Origin: the human T2T-CHM13v2.0 reference genome, Homo sapiens
Reading direction: 5' to 3' (one strand)
Assembly (NCBI RefSeq): GCF_009914755.1
Contig: NC_060935.1
Length of the DNA stretch: 64,000 nt
Shown here: one piece after another, positions 42,256 to 58,387 of the stretch
How the letters are laid out: each line of letters begins with the position of its first letter
How positions within the stretch are numbered: the first letter of the stretch is position 1
Notes under the pieces: model-generated
The model's input: only the letters and a program-made list of their open reading frames with translations
Database searches by the model: none
What the model was told of the DNA's origin: nothing
Program-made: the position numbers and the translations under genes

Positions 42256-42441
42256 AAGGAAGGTGGTGAGAAGACCCAGCAAGTACTTCAGAATGGTGAT
42301 AGTAAAATGTCAAAATGCACTCATGGCTTTAAAATTTTGGGGCAGAATTATTAGAAGTTAGGAGGAGGCTCAGAATCAGACTGCCTAGGTCAAAACTTCA
42401 CTCTACTATTTTCTAGCTAAATTACTGAAACAGTTAGTTAG

Positions 42442-42442
<1 letters not shown>

Positions 42443-42484
<42 letters not shown>

Positions 42485-42807
42485 TCCTTTTATTTATTTA
42501 TTTATATTTTTTGAGACGGAGTCTCACTCTGTCACTAAGGCTGGAGCTGGAGTGCAGAGGCACTATCTCTGCTCACTGCAACCTCCGCTTCCTGGGTTCA
42601 AGCATTCTCCTGCCTCAGCTTCCAGCATAGCTAGGATTATAGGCACACACCACCACACCCAGCTAATTTTTGTATTTTTAGTAGAGACGAGGTTTCACCA
42701 TGTTGACCAGGCTGGTCTTGAACTCCTGACCTCAAATGATATGCCTGCCTCCCAAAGTGCTGGGATTATAGCGCTTTGATTATAGGTGTGAGCCACCATG
42801 CCCAGCC
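42443..42807 (-). mobile_element. AluS with (TTTC)n tail
   Basis: Reverse Alu; tetranucleotide-expanded tail. Confidence 0.9.
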
Positions 42808-43566
42808 AAGTTAGTTGGCTTTCATAAGCCTTGGTTTGCACCAAAAATTGAAGTAATAATATTATCTACTCCAATGGAAGAATTCATAAAATGGTGCCTT
42901 ATATATGTTAAACTCTCAATAAATGATAGTTTATTATAGTCTCCATCTCAAAAAAATCTATTCATACAGATTTGGATGAAAAATGGTCTTTACAAACCTT
43001 CCTATGTTAAATAGGTCTTGAAAAAGGAAGAAGCCAATCTTAGTGATGGATACCTCAATTCTACTTCAAAATCATTTCATAAATGAGATAAGATATGAAA
43101 AATTTCTTAGAATAATGTTGAACACATAGTAAGTGCTCCATAAATGGCAGATATTATAATATGAATTATTATTTATGATTGCACAATGGATATTTATGTA
43201 TATGGATGGCTGATTTGGGGCTACACCAGCTCTTACCCCAATTCTAAACCAAATTGCATGTCCAAAGAATGTCAGAACCTTTGTAACCCTTATTCTGTGA
43301 AAGCATGGACAGCTCACATGTGACCCCCTGTTGGGAAGATGACCAGTGTGGTGAGGGCCAGCCCAGGCACCCCAGGGGTAGGAAGGCCACAGAGCCTTTG
43401 TTGGGACAGAGTGAGGGGAAGGCAGTGGATCACATTCTCAGAAGGACAGAGCGGCAGGTGAAAAGTGGAGATTCTCTGTGACTGTGAGAGACATAGGCAT
43501 GATGTCACACACTTGACACATATCATTATCTAAAATGTGAAAGTAAAGAGATCATGGGCAATCTCA

Positions 43567-44142
<576 letters not shown>

Positions 44143-44683
44143 GATCTAGGGCATTGTGCAATTCGGTGTCTTCTCATTCATTCACTCATTTAACAAATAT
44201 TTTGTCCAGGCACCAAGGAGACTGAGATCCAAAGAGGCAGGGAAGAGAAATGAAACTGAGTTATAGCATCCATAGTGCTTCAACAGAGATAAATACATGC
44301 CAAAGACAGCAGTGCCATGAGGGAGTGGCTAGCTGATGGGGAGGGTTGCAAGGGTTTAGTCAAGGTTTCAGAAATGAAATGACAGTTCACCGGGTTCTCA
44401 AACATACAACACACAATGGGCAGTAGCCAGACAGTCTGCTGTCCCAATTTTGCAGATGAGAATACAGGAGCGCAGAAAGGCCAATGGCATCCTTAAGGTT
44501 AACTGGTAAAGCAGGATCAGGGCAAGGTCAGAACCTCCAGCCTTCCCACTCCAGGCCCTTGTGCACTCCAGAAGCAGGCTGTGTGACAACCAGGGAAGAA
44601 CCCTCTATGCAAGGGTGGGAAGCCAGCAGAGGGGAAAGACAAGATGACTAATACAAGGCATAGATCAGATTTGGTCACGGAGA

Positions 44684-45716
<1,033 letters not shown>

Positions 45717-48569
45717 GATACAACCACTGGCAGTGGAAGCTCAAAGTGCATGCTGGTGCAGGACAAGTGGACCTTCCAAATGACCACCTGAGAACATGAG
45801 CAATTGCTTTATGGACTGTAAGTTACTATTCTGAGTACTTTATGCTGTTTGTGTTTTAGGAGAACTGATGCCAAAGCCTGCATTTTGTTACCTTCTTTGG
45901 AATCATTGGGAATATCCCAAGTTTGAAGTCTGATTTGTTTCTATTGCTCTGGTTTGGGACACATCCATGGAAGCCTAGAAGAGGAGAGGATTATCCTTTT
46001 AAATTTAGCCATTTTCCAACCTTTTTTTTAAATTTGCTTTGTTTTGTTTTCTTTCAGCAAATGTGTTAAATGCCTACCATGTGTTAGGAATTTTTACATT
46101 ATGTCATTTCAATAAATTATGGTTACTAGTAAATGGCAATTGTGCTGAACATATAAATGTTTTATTTTATTTTATTGTATTATCAAAACAGCCCTATGAA
46201 ATACAGGTTTGTAAATTTGGAAGTGGAAGATCAGAATGAGTGAAAAAGGAAAAACAAACTGACGTTATTTCAGTGCCAGTGACAAAATTCAAAAGGCATG
46301 TCATTTTTTTTTTGCTATCATAAATAAGGCAGCAGAGAATAACACTGAAATAAAGAAAAAACTTTTTATTATGCAAAAAATTATATCCAAATTTTTAATT
46401 AACATTGATGCTGCCTGATACTCCAGTGGCTACTGATTACCCCTGGAGATGGACATTTGTTAATGTGATATTGAACTTTCCCCTCACACAGAGGAGACCC
46501 TGAGTATCTGCTGAAAATGCGCAGTTGGGGATGTAAGGACTCTCGGGGCTCCATAATCTTGAATCTATGCTCAGTCCTTCCTCCCATCTTTCTCCCTCAT
46601 CCTTGTTCTCTCCATCTCTGGTCCTCATCTGGCTTAGACTATCTCTGGGGGTCCTTCTTAGAGCTGCTGCTGGTGATCCTACAGCTGGAGAGCAGGAAGG
46701 GGATACTTAGCTTTCCTATTTTAACAACAGTAATCCACTCAGGTGGAACGAGAGCATTTGCAGGCTGTTAATGTTCTTACTAATTAAAGTTTACAGCATG
46801 TGAGAAATTCACCTTTAAGGAGTTACAATTTATTTTCCCATTCACAACCCTTGGTATCATGACCAGTAAATGAAAATCTAATAACTTTCTTTATCATGAG
46901 ATGCTCTTTGTCTTTTCTTTGTTTTCTTCTAAAGCTGTAGGAGGAAATTGAAGTAAAAATTGGATGAACTGCTTCCCTGTGGGGGTATTAGTCATCCTGC
47001 TGACTGAACTCCAGATTTAATCCCTTATCATTTCTCACCCATTACAAAGGCAACTCGGCCATTAGAGAGTATGGCCCTGACACCCATAGATCCTGGCTCA
47101 GACTCCAAGAGACCCTGGGTATTGATAACAAGGGGGAGACACAGGAGGACTTTAACTTCTGCAAATACCGTAGCATAATGTATGCAGCACAGGCTGCCTG
47201 GGAACTTAGCTCTAGCTTTGTAATTTACTAGCTGTGTGACCTAGAGTAAGTTACTCTCGGGTCTTCATAACCTTGAATCTATGCTCAGTCCTTCCTCCCT
47301 TCTTTCTCCCTCATCCTTGTTCTCTCCATCTCTGGTCCTCATCTGGCTTTATGAGCCTCAGTTTCCTCATCTGTCAAATGGGAATGATAATAGCACCTGC
47401 CTCATAGAATTGTGAGTATTTAGTTAATCTATATGGTGGGCTTAAAACCGTCCTGAACATAGAGCCCACTAAATGTTCACTATTATTACTTATACTTGTC
47501 ACTGGCTTATAAAATGGAAGCATCCAAGTCAGAGCTGCCCTGAGAAAAAATATTTCAACCTAGGTAGACAGATTAATTCTCTTGGCAGCTGCATTTGCCT
47601 TTGTGGGGATTTATTTGCATGAAGCATTCATTCATTTTTTTCATCCAGTCACTACAAATGGCAAATGGTGAGATCCAGGAATAAACCTATTCATTTATTT
47701 ATTCATTCAATAAATACTCATTATCAGGTTTTGATGTCCACATAGCAAGTGTATAGATATTTCACAATTACAAATCTAGGTAACAAATCATTATATAAAA
47801 TGTTTTATACTACTTTGACCCATTCACTTTCAAGATGACCTGAAAAACTAGGTTTGAATATAGAATTCTTGGAACGCTCACAGTTCTGTGCTCAAATGTG
47901 ACAGTGCGAGGATTGCTGGCCCTAGCCCTCCAACCATGGCCTGACAACTTTTTTCCCACCCAAGCTGAGTTCTGTACCATGTATCCTTGCACACAGGTGT
48001 GTGGATGCTCTACCTTGCATGTCCAAGCTGCACACACAGCTTCACCCACCACTCCATGGACATGCCTCAGGCCTAAAGGCACTCATTCTAATGGCATCAT
48101 CCACCTTCCTGAGAATAGGCCCAGGTAAGAGGCACATAGAGACCATGGACGTGGGTCCTGGGCCTTTGGGGTAGAAATTTTAGAGTCCTGGGCACTTAGA
48201 AGGAGGATGTAGCCTTGGGTGGACAATTCCCCTTGGACCTATAGACTTTTTACCTCACACAGCTGGAGGAGGGCAGGAGCAGGATTCAGGCAAAGGCCTC
48301 CTTGTTTGGATCTAAGGGCATCATCATTTAGTAAGCCCCTCTGTGTGCACGCACTGTCCTCAAAACTGGAGATACCATGGTGAGAAGATAGACGTGGTAT
48401 AGAGCTTATAAGATGGAAAAACATTCACCAACCCTTGATATAAACAATACATTCTAATTGTGATGACACCATGAAAAAGAAATCCAAGGTGGTGTGAGCT
48501 TGTGGAGAGAGACAGCTCTAATCTCATCTGGGGTTGCACATGCTTTCCTGGGAAAGCTACATAAGCTGA

Positions 48570-49020
<451 letters not shown>

Positions 49021-50672
49021 CTAGGGATGAAGGAAAGGGTAAGATACTTCAGGGTGGGATGGGGATTTTGTTTTGTAAGGACTTTGGTATTTATCTAGGA
49101 GCAATGGGAAGGCATTTAAAGATTTTAATCAGGGGTGTAATCTGATGAGATCTGAATTTTTAAAGGTTCTCTTTGCCTGCAGCTTAGAGAAGGGACTGGG
49201 GAGAAAGGGCACAGGAGTGGACATCATGAGTCCAGTTGGGAGACTAATGCAAACACAGTGGTGGCTTAGAAAGGATGTGGAGAGAAATGGTGGATGAATA
49301 AAACCATTCATTTAGTGCAGAGCTAAATGAATGTGGAGGTGAAGTGCGGGGAAGTATCGCAGATAAACTTCCAAGTGTCTGGCTTAGCACTGGGTGGCTT
49401 GTGGGGCATGTTTGGTGGGGACAAGATAGGCTGTGTTTGAGGTGATGGTGAGAAAGCCAAATGGAAACAATGACAGGGAGCTCGGAGAAGATGCCTGGGT
49501 TGGACTTGGCAATGAGTAGAAGGCGACTGGCATCACGGGAGGAGATGGGGTCACATAAGCAACGTCTCACTGCAGGACTCTCACCTCAGGGAGAAGAGAC
49601 CAGGGGCGGCTGAGCCCTCAGGAGTTCCACAATTTCCTGTTGGACTCAATGACTTCCATCATCCTGGTCCAAGCCGCAGTCCTCCCTGTTCCCACGTGGC
49701 AGTCAGACTGATCCTTATAGAAAACATGTCAGATGAGCTTAAAACCTTCTCCTCAGCCTAAAACCCTCCAGCAGCCCCCAGTCACTCAGGAGAAAAGCCA
49801 GAAACCTCACAGAGGAGCATAAGGCCTTGCAGAATTCAGCACATACACTACTTCCCCCGTTAACTCTCTGACATGATTGTCAAGTGCTCACCCTCTCATC
49901 CCTGCACCAGGGCGTTTGCACTGATGTTCCCTCTGCCTGAAATGCTTTTCCCTCTCGTGTTACATGGCTCACTTCCTTAGCTCCATGTGACCTTTTCAGG
50001 TTCCTGCTAAACAGTGAGCTTCATGAGGACAAGAGTTTTTCTCTCTCCCTTCATTGCTATTTTCTAGCACCTAGAAAAGTGACTAACACATACTCTGTCT
50101 TCAACAAAAATTTGTTGGATGAAAAAAATGAATGAAAAAATTTTAAAAAGTCTGTGTGAGACAAAGTAGCAAACTTAAGAAGCCAAATTTGCTCATTTCT
50201 GCTTAAACTTCTGACTCTGTGACACCATGCAGCTCTCTGAAAGATAGTTTGAGGACAAAACAGGAGATAGCACATGGCCCCCATGTCTCTTGCCTGAGTC
50301 AACATAATTCCTTAAAAGGATAAATGATCCTGGCCCTTGGCTTTTCTTACACATAAGATGTCTGACCGGGTTAGTGATCATACTTTTACAATCTATAACC
50401 AAAAGTACTTTAGTAATCTATGACCAGATGTACTCTTACACTGAAGCCTTGATTTGATTCTGCTATAATATAACTTCTGAGCCAGTTTGATGTGATTTTG
50501 CATGTACTGAACCTCCACCACCTGTATCTAAACAGTGGGCTGAAGCCCTGTGTCACAGCGGTCTGACAGAACCTCTGACAGAGCAGAAGGGCTGTTCCTG
50601 GGCTGTCGGCCTCTGTCTATAATCCTCAGGAAGCCTTCTGAATAAAACTAACTTTAATTATTTAAAAGTTTT

Positions 50673-51281
50673 GCCAGGCGTGGTGGCTCATGCCTGTAAT
50701 CCCAGCACTTTGGGAGTCCAAGGCAGGCGGATCACCTTAAGTCAGGAGTTCGAGACCAGCCTGGCCAACATAGTGAAACCCTGTCTCTACTAAAAATACA
50801 AAAATTAGCTGGGTGTGGTGGTGTGTGTTTGTAATCCCAGCTACTCAGGAGGCTCAGGCAGGAGAATCGCTTGAACCCGGGAGGGAGGAGGAGGTTGCAA
50901 TGAGCCGAGATGGTGCCACTGCATTCCAGCCTGGGCCAGAGAGTGAGACTCTGTTAAGAAAAAAAAAAAAAAAAAAGGCTGGGCGCGGTGGCTCACGCCT
51001 GTAATCCCAGCACTTTGGGAGCCTGAGGAGGGTGGATCACGAGGTCAGGAGATCGAGATCATCCTGGCTAACACGGTGAAACCCCGTCTCTACTAAAAAT
51101 AAAAAAAAATTAGCCGGGCTTGGTGGCGGGTGCCTGCAGTCCCAGCTACTCAGGAGGCTGAGGCAGGACAATGGTGTGAACTCAGGAGGCGGAGCTTGCA
51201 GTGAGCTGAGATCGCACCACTGCACTCCAGCCTGGGCAACAGAGCGAGACTCTGTCTCAAAAAAAAAAAAAAAAAAAAAAA
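50673..51281 (+). mobile_element. Two head-to-tail Alus (AluS 50673-50976; AluY-like 50977-51281) between two ERV1-like LTR remnants
   Basis: Second Alu starts immediately after the first A-tail. Confidence 0.92.
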
Positions 51282-52133
51282 GCTGCAACTGTTACTATAG
51301 GGGGGAAGCTCTTCTCCAGTTCAAGCTGGTTGAGACCACTGATCCTTCATCTGGGCCTGTGCAGGTGACCAAAGAATGACCTTTCAATGTCAGAGAGCCA
51401 AAAACTCCACCCTCAGATCATGCTAACACTGCCATTTTCTGCACACATGTCATGTGATGAACTGTGTAGCTCAATTATGCTTGCAGAAATCCCAACAACC
51501 TCACCTTTCCTACCCGCCAATCATCTTTTCCAACTCTTCAGACCATCCTGCTTTCTATCTCATAAGCATCTCCAAGCTCTATTTTTGGGGAGGCCTGCTG
51601 GAGATTTGTTCTTCTGCTTCCTTGCATTACAGTGTTGTGAATACAATTTTTCCTCTTAGGCAGAAATCCATCATCACAGTGATTGGATTGCTGTGTGATG
51701 GCAGAATGAACCTGGTCACTAACAAAAGAGGTAAAGAAGTAGCTAAAGGGGGATATGAGATCAAGGAGGGTTTTTATTAGGTTTTTAAGAGGGAGAGGTG
51801 GAAACTTGCCCAAATGCTTATTGGAAGGAGCCAGGAGAGTCTGAGATACAGATTTACGAGAGAACAGATAAAATTAATATAGTGTAAGCTCCTCAAGAAG
51901 GCAGGCTGAGACCCAGACATTGCCTAGGAAGAGAGCCTCTCTTCTCCAGGAACAGGACAGATTGAGGGGTTGACACAGTAGAAGGTGAGTCTGTGGAAGC
52001 AATGAGCATTTCCTATGATAGCTTCTGTTTTCTCTGTGTAGTAGGAAGGGGGTCATGGGCTTGGAGAAAGCAAGGGAGGAGGGAAGCTTGGAGGTTTGCA
52101 GGCAAAGGAGAAGACTTGAAATTTTGGACACAG

Positions 52134-52616
52134 GCCCACGATCAATTGGCTAATAGAATGAGTGACATCAGACACTAAACACTGGGCCTATCTGTGAAGT
52201 GTGATGGAGGCCATAAATTCCATTTCAGTGCATCTCTGAGCCTGCTCAGTAGACACCATGAACAAAGCTCACTCTCTCAAGTTGAAAAAACTTATGGACA
52301 AGTTGTCACTGAAATTAAATGGTGGTAGATGTGTCCAAGGAATACTGTGGGGATTCAGTCATTTTATGAATCTTATGATAGATGAATGTGTGAAGATGGC
52401 AATTAGTGGGCAACAGAACAATATTAGAACAGTGGAAATAGGAGGAAACAGTATCATCACGTTAAAAGCCTTGGAACAAGTCTAAATAATGGCTATCCAG
52501 CAGAGGAATTCATGTCCCCTCTCCAAAGGGTCTGTTCTCTATGATGTAAAAATTAGATCGTGTACATTTTCATATTAAACTTTTTATTAAATAAACTTTT
52601 GTAATAGTCAAAAAAG
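52134..52616 (+). pseudogene. SNRPGP16: Processed SNRPG (Sm G) pseudogene; ORF 52258-52485
   Basis: [60 protein letters not shown] is SmG-like; intronless; AATAAA 52590-52595, short A tail, TSD ttggacacag (52124-52133 / 52617-52626). Pseudogene number recalled, unverified. Confidence 0.93.
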
Positions 52617-52662
52617 TTGGACACAGAATGACAGAGGGTAGGTGGTAGTGTTAAATAGGTGG

Positions 52663-53790
52663 GTGTGATATTGCTATGTACTAAGAAATATACAATTTTA
52701 TTTTCATCCTCCCCTAAAACCCTTGGAATCATTCCTAAAATCCTTGGAGTCTCCAAAGGGATAAATGTCTCTTTGCATGCAAATAAAATTATTTTTGGCT
52801 ACGGTGTCCTATAGTGTCTGCGAGTGGGGGTTGGTTGGCAGGGAAACCAACCATGTGATTAGAAGGTTGGAACTTTCAGCCCCCTGTCTCCAGGGAGGGT
52901 AAAAAAACTGAAGGTTGAGTTGATCACCAGTGGCCAATTATTTAATCAATCGGCACTACATAAATGAAGCCTCCATAAAAACTCAGAAGGACAGATTCTG
53001 AGAGCTTCCAGGTTGCTGAACACATGGAGATACCTGGAGCATGGTGCATCCTGGGAGGGTATGGAAGATCTGTAGCCTTCCCACATACCTCTTATGTACC
53101 TCTTCATCTGGCAGTTCATCTACATCCTCCATAACTTTATTTATTTATTTATTTATTTATTTGTTTGTTTATTTATTTTTATTTATTTATTTTTGAGACG
53201 GAGTCTGACCCTGTCGCCCTGGCTGGAGTGCAGTGGCGCGATCTTGACTCACAGCAGGCTCTGCCTCCCAGGTTCACGCCATTCTCCTGCCTCAGCCCCC
53301 GGAGTAGCTGGACTACAGGTGCCCGCCACCACGCCCGGCTAATTTTTTTGTATTTTTAGTAGAGACGGGGTTTCGCCGTATTAGCCAGGATGGTCTCCAT
53401 CTCCTGACTTCGTGATCCGCCCGCCTTGGCCTCCCAAGGTGCTGGGATTACAGGTGTGAGCCACCATGTCTTGCCCATGCTCCATAACTTTGTAACAAAC
53501 TGGTAAACATAAGTATTTCTCTGAGTTCTGTGAGCTATTCTAGCAAATGGTTAAACCCAAGGAGGAGGTCATGGGAACCGTTGATTTATGGCTAGTTGCT
53601 CAGAAGTACAGGTAACAACCTTGTGCTTGCAATTGGTATCTGAAGTTGGGGGCCATCTCGTGGGGCTGAGCCCTTTAGTGGTGGGGTCTGTGCTAACTCT
53701 CAGAATTAAATTGTAAGACACCCAGTTAATGCCTACAGAGGATTGGAGAATTGTTGATGTGAAAAACCCACACATCTGGTGTCAAAAGTG
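52663..53790. mobile_element. MER21-like LTR with antisense AluY at ~53137-53476
   Basis: ccaaccatgtgattagaaggttggaactttcagcc motif; reverse Alu with (TTTA)n tail. Confidence 0.7.
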
Positions 53791-56700
53791 AAGTAACTGA
53801 GTAAAGAAAAACAGTTTGTTTTTCCCTTTTGAGTGGGGGAGGATGCATGGTGGGGCCCAAATGAGGAAGCCTCTGGTTATTAAATAGAATAGATCAAACA
53901 AATATAGCTTGTAGGTCAAGGGGTCTAAGAGCCATAGACCTCAATTTCCTTATTATTTGGAGAAAATAATTATGAGACGAAGTAGCAAACATCTGCCTCT
54001 GGCCAGTCTCACAGCCAGCCCTTGCAGTGAAGAAGCCATGCCTCAGGTTTTCATGTCTCTTACCTGAATCACTGTGTTTTTTAGAAAAGATAAGCTCAAT
54101 GATCTCAGCCCTTGCCTTTTCTTGTACGTAACGTCTGACAGTATTAATGATTTTCCCTCTGCAATCTATAATCAGATGTGCTCTCACACCCAGGCTTTGA
54201 TGAGATTTTGCTTTAATGTAACTTCTGAGCACATGTAGAACCTCCACCATCTAATACGTAAGTTATGGGTTCATACACTGCTTTGGAGCAGTCTAACCAA
54301 AACTGAAAGATTCACCTGGATTGCCATCTGAGGGAAGACTCAGTGAAACTAACTTTAATTCTGTAAAAGCCTAGGTTTCTCTTTCATTGACACAATCTGT
54401 GATCTCTCACAGTTTTTACATTTTACAACTCTGCTGGGCCCATATAGTATCAGAATAATGTTGGCTTCTTCTAACATCTTAAGGTAACTGAGAAGGTTGC
54501 TTCATCTCCGACAGAAATTCCATTAGAGTCACGGGGCACAGAGGTTTTTTTCTATTCTCCGACCTCTCCAGGAAGCAATAATGCATTATTTCATGAACTA
54601 GAAGTAAGTAACCTGAGAATCTCTGCTATTCATATTTGGCATCACTGTGTGGGCATTGACCTCTATGTGTGTGCCCGAGTGATTCAAGGCTTGCAGTGGA
54701 AGATAAACTACTATAGGACGTGCAACCCCCACTCCTGTGTGGGGCATGGTGAAAAAGACCACTGGTTCTGGAATCAGGGAATCTGGGTTCAAATACTAGA
54801 TCTTCCACTTGGGGAAGAGAAGTCATGTTGATGGAGGAGAACCTCTCTAAGCCTCTGGTTTCCTAACCAAAGAGGCCAATGATAAGGCCAGCCAACTGTG
54901 CACAGGTACTTACTGGAATACTCAACATTCTGAGCCAGCAGCTATTGTGAGTGTGTCTTATAGTAACTCATTTTATCTTCGCAACTTTCTAAGAAGGTAC
55001 TATTTTCATCCTTATTTAACAGGTAAAAGAAACTGAGACACAAAGATGTTAAGTGATTTGCCCAAGGACACCCAGTTAGTGAGAGTCAAGCCTGTCTGAC
55101 TTGGGTTGGTGTTCTCACCCACTCACAGCAGCTGCTCCAGGCACTAGTGAGATGTGCCACTTACTGAAGCCTGCACACCTTATGTGTGTTTAGTTATCAC
55201 AATAACCCACAGCGTCATTATGACGCCTCTTTCATGAATAAGGCTGTGGAAGCTCACAAAAGTTACTCCATTTGCCCAAGACCAACAGAGCCACTCTGGC
55301 AAAGCCAAGATTAACTGGCTTCCAGATCTGCTCTCTTCCTATGAAAATAAGGTAACACATGGAAAATGCTTGGTAACTTGTAAAACTCTGTATTGACAAT
55401 GGTATTACCATTCTCAGTGGTCCTTACTCTCTCTAGAGCTCACAACTTTGTGTTGCTTTTACAGATAAGAAAATTGAGTTCCAGGGCAGTAAGTTAATTT
55501 GCTAGCATTCCACAGACAGAGTTGGGTTTGGAATCAGGTCTGTGCTTCTCAAAATGGAGGCTCTTAGGCCCAGGGGTAATGGATAAGGTGTTCTGCATAA
55601 AGGTGGTGTATCCTTCTACAGAATTTATTTTATTCAGATATTTGGGTAAAAATATCATTTTTATGTTAAGCACAGTGATATATTAGTGCCTCAGAATGCA
55701 ACACTCATATTGGTTTTTATAGTAAAATATGAGACTTCAATTCTGCTTTTCCTCCTGCAGCATAGGACTATCTCCTCAGGTCCCTGAGATATGGATTAGC
55801 CCCTTTGGTCAGGAGGGGTACTTGGGCGGATGTTGGAGAAGCTTCTGCTACACTGGGCAGCCTCTCGCTGTGCCATGTGCCTCTGCTCCCCTCACCCACA
55901 GAGGATGCTTCTAGATGAATCCTGCCTGAACTCAGGGAGGCAGAAAAGACAGTCTCATAAGAAGTCTGTGAGTCCCTGAGAGTACTTTGCTTTTTAACCA
56001 AAAGATATAATTACTTCTCTTTACCTGATTCATTCGCCAGTTGATGAAATTGATGTATTAAAATATGTTCGCTCACTAGGTTTCTAACTTTCCCAAAATG
56101 CTTCCAGACAGACAGCTTTGTGCCCACAGCTGTGAGTGTCTTGACATTTATCTCTAGCTGGGACGCTGGGATCTAGTCTAGAGTCTGTTGTGTCTTCTTC
56201 TGTGACCTCAGGCCGGGCACATTACCTCAGTGGGCTTCAGTAACCTCACTTACAGGGGACAGGAGTTGGAGAATCACTAAGATTTCTTTCCATTTGGGCA
56301 GGTTTTGGGACCCAGGGGTTAAGTAAAGACAAGAACATGAGGTTCAGTAGCTGGGAATGTAAGTTCCCTGAGAGCAAGGCCTTTTTTGTTCATTGCCTGA
56401 AACAATGCAGGACATACAGTAGACAGTGAGTTACTATTTGTTAAATGAAATGAATAAATCTCCTCAACTTCTTGCCTGGCAGAATCAGTAAATACAAAGG
56501 AGGGGACATCCAGACAGATGACCTGAACAGAGTGGGCAGCTGGCTCACCTTTGCTCCACTCCACTCAATGCTAGCCCAGAGCCTGGCATAGGTGGCTGCT
56601 CATGGATTGAGCTTTTAAACAGCACTGAGGGTGTTCGGCAGGCAGGAGTAGGGGTGGTCTCAGTGGATTGTGGTCATTAACAGTCCTTAAGCTCCAAGAG

Positions 56701-57682
56701 GCCAAGGGCAAGATGAGGGAACAACATGACACTTATAGCTTCTGGCTGTGTTTGTACTGGTGGAGGTGACTATTGCTACCTGACTTAGATGTGAATAAAA
56801 CTGCGGAGGATAAGGGATGAGAGGTGGAAGTGTTTTCTTATTTGTGTGTGTTGTTTTAGCCCCCTAGAGACATTGTTTTGCATTTGTAGTGTAAGCAAAG
56901 GCTCCGGAGAGCTGGTGAAAGATGCTTCCTTCCCTTCTCTCCTACCCCGACATCACTGAATGTATTTTCCCTTCTCTACCACTGGGAGTCGCAAGTGCCC
57001 ACAATAATGCTCCGTTTCTTTTTAATAAAACAAACGGGAAGTATCTTTTTTGTGAAGATTTGTCCTTCACTGATGCACTGCCCTTTGGTTGATGAATATT
57101 CAGAAAAGGGGTAAGGGCAGGGGATATTGTGAAGGGTAGAACAGAGGAATAATACGGGGCAAAGCTTGGAGTCTGTTTCCAAAGAGCAAAAGAACGGATC
57201 TCCTCCCCAGGTAAGCTGTCACCTCCCAACTGTGGTGGGCATAAGTACATGGTAAAGCAAGTGTGGGGTGGGAGAACGGGATGCCCGGTGTCAACCACAT
57301 CCCCTACATCTCCAGGTTAAATAGTCTCCCAAGGTGACGCCATCAGGCAGTCAAAGTCAAAAACCATGAGTTTAGGATGAGGCCATATTTTAAAGGTCCA
57401 TCACTTTAAAGAAAAACATTGAGTTAGAAAAGATTTAAGAAGCCCATGTACATGGCCAAAACAGCGAGTGGCTGAAGCTTGGAAAACGTTATTTTACTGG
57501 ACCTTTCTTCTCCACTGGGCTGCAAACCTCAGTGTTCATAAGCTTTGCATTCCCAATGCCTGGTGTAGCTCCCGGGCCACTGTAGACTTACAGTAAGCCC
57601 TGGAAGGAAGAAGAGAGAATGAGGAAGGAAGGGAAGAGGTAAGGAAGGAAAGAATGGCAGGTGTGCGTAGTAAGAAGGTAAA

Positions 57683-58152
57683 TGTGGCAGATGGCCCCAA
57701 TGACTCCTGCCCTCTGGTGTTCATGCCTTTGCGTGATCCCTCCGCCGGGAGGTATGGGCTGGACCTAGTGACTGCCGCCCAATAGAGACTACTTCAATAG
57801 TGATGGTATCTTACTTACCAGCTTGCAAAAAGGCTGTCACTTCTGTCTTCAGCACCTTTCTCACTCTCTTACTCTTTTGTTTTGAAGAAAGCCAGCTGTC
57901 AAGTTGTGAGCTGCCAACAACCAGGTGAGTGAGCTTGGAAGCTTGGAAGAGGGTTTTCCCCCATGTGTCTTGGGATGGCCACAGCCCCATCCAACATCTT
58001 GATTACAGCCTTGTGAGAAACCCTGAGCCAGAGACATCAGCTAACCACACTCAGATTCTGGCCCCACAGAAACTGTGAGATAGTAAGTGTTTGTTCTTTT
58101 CAGATGCTAATTTTATGATGACAGTGTTAGGCAGCAATAGGTACCTAATACA
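57683..58152 (+). mobile_element. MLT1 LTR followed by a short MaLR internal remnant
   Basis: tgtggcaga...ccacagaaactgtgagata...gcagcaataggtacctaataca. Confidence 0.75.
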
Positions 58153-58387
58153 GATTTTGGTACCTAGAAGTGATATCTAGAAATGTAGGAGTGTAGGCAG
58201 TGGATGGAACCTGGAAGGGTTTTGAAGAGAGGGTTAGAGAAAGCCTAAATTGCCACAGACTTTTTATAGAAATCTGGGTTTTGAAATCACTGCTCTTAAT
58301 TATTATAACTTCCATGCATCTCAAAAAATGCAGATACTCTGCACATAGAGAAAAAACTTTAGGCAAATACTTGTGTTCCTCTTTAGC

